Part shown: positions 46,651 to 55,535 of the stretch, one piece after another
How positions within the stretch are numbered: position 1 is the first letter of the stretch
How the letters are laid out: each line of letters opens with the position of its first letter
Assembly (NCBI GenBank): GCA_965215005.1
Contig: CBDCCZ010000039.1
Span: 32,001-96,000, forward strand
Length of the DNA: 64,000 nucleotides
From: Kofleriaceae bacterium
GTDB taxonomy: Bacteria > Myxococcota_A > Polyangia > Haliangiales > Haliangiaceae
Reading direction: 5' to 3'
Program-made: the position numbers and the translations under genes
Notes under the pieces: model-generated
What the model saw: only the letters and a program-made list of their open reading frames with translations
What the model was told of the DNA's origin: nothing
Database searches by the model: none

Positions 46651-46694
46651 GAGGCTCTCCTTTGCTCTGCCAAAAGCCACTTCGCTGCGCGCCA

Positions 46695-47804
46695 TCACGG
46701 TGCTGCGACCTCGGTGTTGATCCACACCAGGACCTGGTCGCGAAACGCCGTGAATGCGGCCGGGTCGCCGCCAAACTTGAACGGGTGACCGGCCCCCGAG
46801 AGCGGATCGGGCGCGACGAACAGGCCGCTGTTGGGAGGATCCGCCAAGTTCACTCGGCTGAGAATCTGGCCACAGGCCGCCGCTTGCGCTTCGGGAGCCA
46901 AATCGCCGAGCCGAGACATGTCGGTGGCCGCGGTTGCCGAGGCATCCGCCCCCGCGTGGCAGCTGGCGCAATTGGCGGCTAACGCTGGCTGCGCGTTGGT
47001 GGTGAACGAAGCGACGTCTTTGCACCCAGCGGCCGTTGGCACCTCGCCGCCGGCCGCTGGTTCGGCCAGCGAAAAGTGCAGCGACAGCATCGCCTCGACC
47101 GGCACATTCACCAGCACCACGGTGCCGCCACCGATCATGGCGCTGGTCGCCGGCTGCAGGCTCAGCTCGACGTCTGCGAAGCGGTCGATTGGATCTGGAG
47201 TTGGCAGGCCATCGCTCCACGTGACCAGCAGCGGATGGGTTAGATGCGCGCCAGCGGGGCCGGCGTTGACCATCAGCTCGGAGAGATAGATGCCGACCTG
47301 AAGCCGCTCGAGGCGAAACGTAACGGTCGAGCCCGGCAGGCCAATTTGCGCCAAATCAATGGTGTTGATGCCGACCACAGGCGCAAAGGCAGCAGTCTGC
47401 GAGATTGCCGCCGGCTCGACCGCCCGGGCGTCGGCTTCCAAGCCAATCCAGGCCTCGACACTTGCCTGCTGCGCCGCCGTCCACGCTGGGCCGTCGTGGG
47501 ACCCTTTAGCCAAGAGACGACTACTCGCCGGAGACTCGAGGTTGACTAACCCCGGCCACGCCATCACCGCGGTGTAGACATCGGGATCGGGCGCCACGAA
47601 GCCAATGCTGCCCGGGGTCGAGTGGCACGCCGCGCAGAAGCCATTGAGCAGCGGCGTGATGTCGCTGTCGAACATCGCCCGCGCTTGCGCCGCGCCATCC
47701 GCGCCTGCATCGGCGCCGCCGGGATTGAAGGTTTCGATACCGCCCGTACAACCCGCCGCGGCAACAAGCAGGGCGGCAGCGGCTGCCGAACCAAGGACAT
47801 GCAT
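46695..47804 (-). CDS. Diheme c-type cytochrome lipoprotein
   Basis: Lipobox AAAGC; two related units, F...ITPLL..FCAACH...VNLESPASSRLL...WI and F....QPAL..NCASCH...VNLADPPNSGL...WI. Confidence 0.8.
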   Translation of the reverse strand: MHVLGSAAAAALLVAAAGCTGGIETFNPGGADAGADGAAQARAMFDSDITPLLNGFCAACHSTPGSIGFVAPDPDVYTAVMAWPGLVNLESPASSRLLAKGSHDGPAWTAAQQASVEAWIGLEADARAVEPAAISQTAAFAPVVGINTIDLAQIGLPGSTVTFRLERLQVGIYLSELMVNAGPAGAHLTHPLLVTWSDGLPTPDPIDRFADVELSLQPATSAMIGGGTVVLVNVPVEAMLSLHFSLAEPAAGGEVPTAAGCKDVASFTTNAQPALAANCASCHAGADASATAATDMSRLGDLAPEAQAAACGQILSRVNLADPPNSGLFVAPDPLSGAGHPFKFGGDPAAFTAFRDQVLVWINTEVAAP

Positions 47805-47816
47805 ATCCGGCCACAG

Positions 47817-47832
47817 AGCAGCCTGCGTGCCG
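47817..47832 (-). promoter_or_regulatory. Putative sigma-54 promoter of the heme/DUF1501-like operon
   Basis: Minus strand CGGCAC-GCAGG-CTGCT; 13 nt lie between the -12 C and ATG 47804. Confidence 0.55.
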
Positions 47833-47856
47833 GTCGACGGCGGCGTGCGTTATGGC

Positions 47857-47878
47857 AGTGCAATCGCCGAGTTGCACT
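47857..47878. promoter_or_regulatory. Palindromic candidate operator AGTGCAA-N8-TTGCACT
   Basis: Perfect 7-bp inverted repeat about 25 nt upstream of the putative -24 element. Confidence 0.45.
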
Positions 47879-47983
47879 CTACCGGTGGCGCAAATGAGGC
47901 CTTTAGGCCTGGGGAGGCGGGCCCGCGCACGGGGCGAGGCGGTGTCGAGAGACTCCACCTCGTGCGCCCGCTGCGGCCGGCGG

Positions 47984-48982
<999 letters not shown>

Positions 48983-48994
48983 GTCGGCTGCGGC

Positions 48995-49010
48995 AGCAAT
49001 GATTACGCCA
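48995..49010 (-). promoter_or_regulatory. Putative sigma-54 promoter of the UDP-glucuronate decarboxylase gene
   Basis: Minus strand TGGCGT-AATCA-TTGCT, near consensus. Confidence 0.7.
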
Positions 49011-49148
49011 ACGTGTCGGTTGTCTCTGCAGATGTTTCGGCCGCGAAATGACGCCTCTTTGCCGCCATTAGGGCAAAACGTGTGCGTCACAGTGGGGCAA
49101 CCTGCCCCTCCGGAGTCCCGTCATCGTCCCACGTGGCGGAGTCACCCG

Positions 49149-49164
49149 CGGAACAGCGGTTGCA
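49149..49164 (+). promoter_or_regulatory. Putative sigma-54 promoter of the glycosylation operon
   Basis: CGGAAC-AGCGG-TTGCA, divergent from the promoter at 48995-49010. Confidence 0.55.
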
Positions 49165-49176
49165 CCACGCGCGGCT

Positions 49177-50292
49177 GTGGCAACAACAGCGCTTATCACC
49201 GGCGGCGCGGGCTTTATCGGCTCGCATCTCGCGGATGAGCTCGGACGACGCGGCTGGAACGTCCGCGCGCTCGATAGCTTGATCCCGCAAGTACATGGGG
49301 ACGATGGCAAGCGACCTGCGTATCTCGATCCGGCGGTCGAGCTCCAGGTCGGCGACGTGCGCGATCCGCAAGCGGTGCAGCGCGCTCTTGCGGGTGTCGA
49401 TGCAGTCTTTCACTTTGCCGCGCGCGTCGGCGTCGGCCAAAGCATGTATCGCGTCGCCGACTACACCAGCGTCAACGACGTCGGCACAGCGGTTCTCATG
49501 GAAGCGCTTTCCGAGCGACCGGTCGAGCGTTTGGTAGTTGCCTCGAGCATGAGCATCTACGGCGAAGGCCGCTATCGCCGTCCCGATGAAACCACCTTCG
49601 ACGCTGCCAGTCGGCAGCGCCGCGAGCTCGAAAATGGCCAATGGGAGCCTACGGATCCAGACGGCATTGCGCTCACGCCGGTGCCGACGCCCGAGGACAA
49701 ATCGCCAACGCTCGAGTCGGTGTATGCCCTCAACAAGTACAACCAAGAACGCCTCGCGCTCATCCTCGGGCGCGCCTACAAGATTCCCACCGTGGCGCTG
49801 CGCTTCTTCAACGTCTATGGCACCCGCCAGGCGCTGTCCAATCCGTACACCGGCGTGTTGGCGATTTTCGCCTCGCGCCTGCTCAACGGCCGACCACCGC
49901 TGATCTTCGAAGATGGTGCGCAGAAGCGCGACTTCGTCAGCGTCAAAGACGTGGCTCGCGCCTGCTGCGCGGCGCTCACCGCCGATGCCGATGGCCACGT
50001 GTTCAACATCGGCAGTGGCAACGCGTATACGGTCACCGAGGTGGCCGAGCGGCTGGCGCGCGTGATGGGGCGCGGCGAGCTGACTCCAGAGATCACCGGC
50101 GAGTATCGCGTGGGCGATATTCGCCACTGCTACGCGGATATCGGCGCTGCCCGGCAGCGACTCGAGTATCGCCCCAGTGTCGACTTCGACGCTGGGCTCA
50201 CCGAGCTGGCAGGTTGGCTCGAAACCCAAGTTGCCGTCGACCACGTGGCGAGCGCCCGGCAAGAGCTTTCGGCTCGGGGGCTCACGGTATGA
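49177..50292 (+). CDS. NAD-dependent epimerase/dehydratase (extended SDR)
   Basis: ITGGAGFIGSH, ASSMSIYGEG, YALNK, LRFFNVYG. Confidence 0.92.
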   Translation: MATTALITGGAGFIGSHLADELGRRGWNVRALDSLIPQVHGDDGKRPAYLDPAVELQVGDVRDPQAVQRALAGVDAVFHFAARVGVGQSMYRVADYTSVNDVGTAVLMEALSERPVERLVVASSMSIYGEGRYRRPDETTFDAASRQRRELENGQWEPTDPDGIALTPVPTPEDKSPTLESVYALNKYNQERLALILGRAYKIPTVALRFFNVYGTRQALSNPYTGVLAIFASRLLNGRPPLIFEDGAQKRDFVSVKDVARACCAALTADADGHVFNIGSGNAYTVTEVAERLARVMGRGELTPEITGEYRVGDIRHCYADIGAARQRLEYRPSVDFDAGLTELAGWLETQVAVDHVASARQELSARGLTV

Positions 50293-51356
50293 GCGGTCCC
50301 ATCGTCATTCTCGGCGGCGCCGGTTTCGTCGGCACCAATCTCGCCGATGCCCTCGCTCGCGACGGCACACGGGTTCGCATTTTCGATAATCTTTCCCGCC
50401 CCGGTGTCGTCGCGAACGCCAACTGGTTGCGCGAGCAACACGGCGACCGCGTCGAGCTGATCGTCGGCGACATTCGCGAACCCGCCGCGGTGCAAGAAGC
50501 ACTGCAAGGAGCGCAGGCTGTCTACCATCTTGCCGCGCAGGTCGCCGTGACCACGAGCCTCGCGGAGCCCTTGCTCGACTTCGACGTCAACCTCAGAGGC
50601 ACGATGAACGTGCTCGAGAGCCTCCGTCGCATGCGGGTGCCGCCGCCGCTCGTCTTCACCTCGACCAACAAAGTGTACGGCGATCTCGACCTGCGCTTCG
50701 TCGAGGGGCCGCAGCGCTACGTGCCTGGCGAGCTGCGCGTGGCCGAGCAAGGCGTCGACGAGCAGCAGCCGCTGAGCTTTCACAGCCCCTACGGCTGCTC
50801 GAAAGGCGCCGCCGACCAATACGTGCTCGATTACGCGCGCTGCTATGGCCTGCCCACCGTTGTTTTCCGCATGAGCTGCATCTACGGCCCTCATCAAATG
50901 GGTACCGAGGATCAGGGCTGGGTGGCGCACTTCTGCATTCGCGCGCTTCGTGGCGAAGACATCACGATCTTCGGCGATGGCAAGCAGGTGCGCGATGTTC
51001 TGTTCGCCAGCGACCTAGTCGCTGCGCTGCGTCTGGCTGGCGACAACGCCGCCGCGTTGGCAGGGCGCGCTTTCAACATCGGCGGCACACCCGCCAATAG
51101 CTTGAGTCTCCTCGAGCTGCTCGCGCTCATCGAAACCCATGTCGGTCGCGCGCCGCAGCTGCGCTTCGAAGACTGGCGCCCCAGCGATCAGCGCTACTAC
51201 ACCTCCGACGTCCGCGCCTTCACCGGCGCAACCGATTGGCGCCCGCAGATCGCACCGGCCGAAGGCGTCGAGCGGTTGCTCGCGTGGCTAGCCGAACAAG
51301 CCACGCCAACCGCGGCGCCCTACGCGGTCGCCGGCGCCGTGCGGAGGTCCTCGTGA
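50289..51356 (+). CDS. NAD-dependent epimerase, CDP-paratose 2-epimerase-like
   Basis: GGAGFVG, HLAAQVAVTTS, TSTNKVYG, SPYGCSKGAADQY, FRMSCIYG, EDQGWVAHF; ATGA coupling to the previous gene. Confidence 0.9.
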   Translation: MSGPIVILGGAGFVGTNLADALARDGTRVRIFDNLSRPGVVANANWLREQHGDRVELIVGDIREPAAVQEALQGAQAVYHLAAQVAVTTSLAEPLLDFDVNLRGTMNVLESLRRMRVPPPLVFTSTNKVYGDLDLRFVEGPQRYVPGELRVAEQGVDEQQPLSFHSPYGCSKGAADQYVLDYARCYGLPTVVFRMSCIYGPHQMGTEDQGWVAHFCIRALRGEDITIFGDGKQVRDVLFASDLVAALRLAGDNAAALAGRAFNIGGTPANSLSLLELLALIETHVGRAPQLRFEDWRPSDQRYYTSDVRAFTGATDWRPQIAPAEGVERLLAWLAEQATPTAAPYAVAGAVRRSS

Positions 51357-52321
51357 TTCCCGAGCGCATGCGCGCCGCGGTGCTCACCGGGCCGCGCCGC
51401 GTGGAAGTGCAGCACGTGCCGACGCCGCAGCCGGGGCCAACGCAGGTGCTGCTTCGCATCGAGGGCTGCGGGTTGTGCGGCTCCAACCTGCCGCCGTGGG
51501 AAGGACGGCCGTGGTTCGAATATCCCTTCGCGCCTGGTGCTCCTGGGCATGAAGGTTGGGGTCGCGTGGTGGCCGTTGGCTCGGAGGTCAACGACGTTGC
51601 CGTTGGCGACCGGGTCGCGGCTCTCACCTACAATGCGTTTGCTGAGTACGACGTTGCTGAAGCCAGCGCCACGGTGGCGCTGCCGCCTGCACTTGATGGT
51701 GTTGATGTGCCCGGCGAGCCGCTGGCGTGCGTCATGAACGTCTTCCGTCGCAGCGACATCGCCGCCGGTCAGCACGTCGCCATCCTCGGTATCGGCTTTC
51801 TCGGAGCGGTTCTCACCCAGCTCGCCAGCCGCGCCGGCGCCAACGTCATCGCCATCTCGCGCCGCGGCACCGCGCTCGACACCGCCCGCGCAATGGGTGC
51901 TAAGCACGTCCTCGAGCTCGAAGCTGGCGATCAAGTCGTGGCAGCGGTCGAGGAGCTCACCCAAGGTGCCCTCTGCGATCGAGTGATCGAGGCGACCGGC
52001 TATCAACAGCCCCTCGAGCTCGCAGCAAAGCTCACTCGCGTGCGCGGCCGGCTGATCATCGCGGGGTTTCATCAAGATGGGCACCGGCAGGTCGACATGC
52101 AGCTGTGGAACTGGCGCGGGATTGACGTCATCAACGCCCACGAGCGCGACCCGGCGATCTACATCGAAGGGATGCGGGCCGCGATCGAGTCCATGGCCGA
52201 GGGAACTCTCACAATCGACCCGCTCCTCACGCACAAAGTCACCCTTGATCGGCTCGACGAGGTGTTCGACGCCCTCGAGCAGCGGCCGCGGGGATTCTTG
52301 AAAGGCCAGGTCGCGCCATGA
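51353..52321 (+). CDS. Zn-dependent medium-chain dehydrogenase lacking the structural-Zn Cys lobe
   Basis: CGSN, GHEG, GIGFLG; GGAGG then GTG overlapping the previous stop. Confidence 0.88.
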   Translation: MIPERMRAAVLTGPRRVEVQHVPTPQPGPTQVLLRIEGCGLCGSNLPPWEGRPWFEYPFAPGAPGHEGWGRVVAVGSEVNDVAVGDRVAALTYNAFAEYDVAEASATVALPPALDGVDVPGEPLACVMNVFRRSDIAAGQHVAILGIGFLGAVLTQLASRAGANVIAISRRGTALDTARAMGAKHVLELEAGDQVVAAVEELTQGALCDRVIEATGYQQPLELAAKLTRVRGRLIIAGFHQDGHRQVDMQLWNWRGIDVINAHERDPAIYIEGMRAAIESMAEGTLTIDPLLTHKVTLDRLDEVFDALEQRPRGFLKGQVAP

Positions 52322-53331
52322 AGCCCCGGCTGGGGTTTGTCGGCGTTGGCTGGATCGGCCGAAATCGCCTAGAAGCGCTGCTGCAAGATGACGCCGCCGA
52401 GGCCTGCGTCATCGTCGATCCGGTGCGCGAGAATCGCCTCGCGGCCGCCGAGCTCGCCCCGAAAGCCGTTCAATACGGCAGCCTTGAGGAAGCGCTGACG
52501 CATGAGCTAGACGGGGTGGTGCTTGCCACGCCCAGCGCGCTCCACGCCGCGCAAACCATCACCGCGCTCGAGCACGGCGTCGCGGTGTTCTGCCAGAAGC
52601 CGCTGGCGCGAACCGCCGGCGAGACCCGCGTCGTGGTCGAGACCGCGCGCACCGCCGATCGCCTGCTTGGAGTCGACTTCTCGTATCGCCACACCGCGGC
52701 CATGCAGGCAATCGCAGCGCATGCTGGCAGTGGTGAGCTCGGCAGCATCTACGCCCTCGACTTGACGTTTCACAACGCCTACGGCCCCGACAAGCCGTGG
52801 TTCTACGATCGAGCGCAGTCCGGAGGCGGCTGCGTAATGGATCTGGGCGTGCATCTGGTCGACTTGGCGCTTTGGCTCACCGGCTTTCCAAGCGTCGAAA
52901 GCGTTGAAAGCCATCTTTACGCCGGCGGAACGCGATTGCCCGCGGGCGCTGCGCACGGTCCCTGTGAGGATTACGCGGCCGTTCAGCTGGCTCTCGACGG
53001 CGGCATCAGCGTGCGCCTCACCTGCTCCTGGAACCTGCCCGCGGGTCGCGATGCGGTGATTTCGGCAACCGTGTGGGGAACCGGCGGCGGCCTCGCCATG
53101 CGCAACGTCAACGGCTCGTTTTTCGACTTTGTTGCCGAGCGCTACGCGCGAACCCAGACCTTCGTCCTCAGCGAGCCACCCGATGATTGGGGCGGCCGCG
53201 CCGCGATTGCCTGGGCGCGCGAGCTCGGCCGCGGGGCCAGATTTTCAGCCACTGCCGAGGAGCACATTCGGGTCGCCGAGGTAGTCGATGCCATCTACGG
53301 AGCGCCGGGGAGCATATCGTGCGTGTCTTGA
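52318..53331 (+). CDS. Gfo/Idh/MocA family oxidoreductase
   Basis: GVGWIG, ATPSALH, FCQKPL, GGGCVMDLGVH. Confidence 0.92.
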   Translation: MKPRLGFVGVGWIGRNRLEALLQDDAAEACVIVDPVRENRLAAAELAPKAVQYGSLEEALTHELDGVVLATPSALHAAQTITALEHGVAVFCQKPLARTAGETRVVVETARTADRLLGVDFSYRHTAAMQAIAAHAGSGELGSIYALDLTFHNAYGPDKPWFYDRAQSGGGCVMDLGVHLVDLALWLTGFPSVESVESHLYAGGTRLPAGAAHGPCEDYAAVQLALDGGISVRLTCSWNLPAGRDAVISATVWGTGGGLAMRNVNGSFFDFVAERYARTQTFVLSEPPDDWGGRAAIAWARELGRGARFSATAEEHIRVAEVVDAIYGAPGSISCVS

Positions 53332-54422
53332 TGACCACCGACACGGTCGGCGGCGTGTGGACCTATGCCCTCGACTTGATCCGCGCGCTCGAGCCAGCGG
53401 GCGTTGAAGTCTTGCTCGCGACCATGGGGCCGCCGCCAAGCGTCGAGCAGCGCGCCGCCGCCGCCGCGCGGGGCAACCTGCGACTGGAAACCTCGAGCTA
53501 TCAGCTCGAGTGGATGCCAGAGCCGTGGGACGACGTCCGCCGGGCAGGCTCATGGCTGCTCGGTCTCGCAGACGCCTTCGACCCGACGCTCATCCACCTC
53601 AATGGCTACGTGCATGCCGCGCTGCCGTGGCAACGCCCCACCGTGGTCGTCGCCCACTCGTGCGTGCTGTCGTGGTGGCGCGCGGTTCATCGCCAACCGG
53701 CGCCGGCGCCGTGGCGACCGTACTGGCGAGCGGTGGCGCGCGGTCTTGCAGCCGCCGATGTGGTCGTAGCGCCAACCGCGGCCATGCTCGAAAGCGTTGG
53801 CACCCTCTATGGCGTTCCCATCGAGGGTCGCGTCATCTACAACGGCCGTGATCAAACCGAGCTGATCGCAGCCGCCAAACAGCCCTACGTATTCAGCGCC
53901 GGACGCGTGTGGGATGAGGCCAAGAACATCGCGGCGCTCGATGCGGCGGCGGCCGAGGTGCCGTGGCCAGTTTACGTTGCCGGCTCGCTCGCCCACCCTT
54001 CGGGACGGCAGCTGCAGCCGAGCAACGTGACGGCGCTGGGCCACCTCACGCCTGCCGAGCTCGGCAGTTGGCTCGCGTCTGCGGCTATCTATGCGCTGCC
54101 GGCACGCTACGAGCCATTTGGCCTCTCGGCAGTCGAAGCCGGACTCGCGGGTTGCGCGCTGGTGCTCGGCGACCTGCCGAGCCTGCGAGAAGTCTGGGAC
54201 GACGCCGCCGTGTTCGTCGAGCCAACCGATAGCCGAGCACTCGCCGCAGCGATTCGTGGACTCATCGACGATCCCCGCCGCGTCGCGGCCATGGCGCAAC
54301 GAGCTCATGCGCGCGCCGCAACCTACACTCTCGAGCGGATGGCCAGCGCGTATCTGGCTTTGTATCGCCAGCTGTACGCTGAACGGCCGCTCGCGCACCG
54401 AGGAGCCCGATGCGCATCGTAA
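53319..54422 (+). CDS. Glycosyltransferase family 4
   Basis: VLMTTDTVGGVW, VIYNG, AGRVWDEAKN, YEPFGLSAVEA. Confidence 0.9.
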   Translation: MRVLMTTDTVGGVWTYALDLIRALEPAGVEVLLATMGPPPSVEQRAAAAARGNLRLETSSYQLEWMPEPWDDVRRAGSWLLGLADAFDPTLIHLNGYVHAALPWQRPTVVVAHSCVLSWWRAVHRQPAPAPWRPYWRAVARGLAAADVVVAPTAAMLESVGTLYGVPIEGRVIYNGRDQTELIAAAKQPYVFSAGRVWDEAKNIAALDAAAAEVPWPVYVAGSLAHPSGRQLQPSNVTALGHLTPAELGSWLASAAIYALPARYEPFGLSAVEAGLAGCALVLGDLPSLREVWDDAAVFVEPTDSRALAAAIRGLIDDPRRVAAMAQRAHARAATYTLERMASAYLALYRQLYAERPLAHRGARCAS

Positions 54423-55522
54423 TGTTCTATCACTCACTGGTTTCCTGCTGGAACCACGGCAACGCGCACTTCCTACGCGGTCTGGTGAGCGAGCTCGCGG
54501 CTCGCGGGCATGACGTCGTGGTGTACGAGCCGAGCGACGGCTGGAGCCGAACCAATCTAGTGCGCGAGCATGGCGAGGCTGCGCTCGCCGACCTCACCGC
54601 GGCCCTGCCGAATCTGCAGAGCCACGGCTATGACTCCAAGAGCCTCGAGCTCGATCGTGTTCTAGACGGTGCAGACCTCGTGCTGGTGCACGAGTGGAAC
54701 GAGCACGACCTGGTGGCGCGCATCGGCGCGCATCGGCGCGTGAGCCGCTATAAGCTGCTGTTTCACGATACCCATCACCGCGCGGTCACCGACCCGGCCG
54801 CCATGGCCCGCTACGAGCTGCGCGACTACGACGGCGTCTTGGCATTTGGCGAGGTTATTCGCGAGCTCTATCTGCGGCAGGGTTGGACAGCTCGTGCCTG
54901 GACCTTTCACGAAGCCGCCGACGTGCGCCGCTTTCACCCGCTGGGTGGTGAAAACGAGCTTGGCGAGCTGGTGTGGGTGGGCAACTGGGGCGACGGCGAG
55001 CGGGATGCCGAGCTTGCCGAGTTCTTACTCGAGCCGGTGCGGGCACTTGCCTTGCGCGCATCCATCTACGGAGTGCGTTATCCCGACCACGCGCTCGGCG
55101 CACTGCAGCGGGCCGGCGCTACGTATCGCGGTTGGCTGCCAAACCACCGGGTCCCGCGCACCTTTGCGGCTCATCGCGTGACCGTCCACGTGCCGCGCCG
55201 GCCGTATGTCGAGGCCCTGCCCGGGATTCCCACGATCCGCCCCTTCGAGGCCATGGCCTGCGGCATTCCGCTGATCTCGAGCCCCTGGGATGACTGCGAA
55301 GGCCTGTTCAGCGCGGGTCACGATTACCTCGTGGCGCGCGATGGCGTCGAGATGCAGCGCCAGCTGCGCGCGGTGCTGCACGACTCCGCCCTCGCTTCGT
55401 CTTTGGCCGAGCACGGCCGCCGCACCATATTGACCCGCCATACGTGCGGCCACCGTGCCGATGAGCTCCTGGCCATCTACGCGCAGCTCGATGCGCCGGC
55501 CAAGGCCGCAGCGTCTGCGTGA
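54410..55522 (+). CDS. CgeB-family glycosyltransferase
   Basis: SLVSCWNHGNAHFLRG, DTHHR, PTIRPFEAMACG, HTCGHRA. Confidence 0.85.
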   Translation: MRIVMFYHSLVSCWNHGNAHFLRGLVSELAARGHDVVVYEPSDGWSRTNLVREHGEAALADLTAALPNLQSHGYDSKSLELDRVLDGADLVLVHEWNEHDLVARIGAHRRVSRYKLLFHDTHHRAVTDPAAMARYELRDYDGVLAFGEVIRELYLRQGWTARAWTFHEAADVRRFHPLGGENELGELVWVGNWGDGERDAELAEFLLEPVRALALRASIYGVRYPDHALGALQRAGATYRGWLPNHRVPRTFAAHRVTVHVPRRPYVEALPGIPTIRPFEAMACGIPLISSPWDDCEGLFSAGHDYLVARDGVEMQRQLRAVLHDSALASSLAEHGRRTILTRHTCGHRADELLAIYAQLDAPAKAAASA

Positions 55523-55535
55523 AAGGAACCCGACG

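Noticed and set aside
44756..47220. Long N-terminal extensions in the ORF track (starts 45820 and 47220; likewise 486, 14863, 26839, 49641, 53187, 55455, 60697, 61860)
   Set aside because: They overlap neighbouring genes or promoters; downstream starts have an RBS, a signal peptide or stop-start coupling.
47925..47970. Imperfect hairpin as an ncRNA or REP element
   Set aside because: Single copy with a weak stem, explainable by GC richness or as a terminator for the upstream SDR gene.
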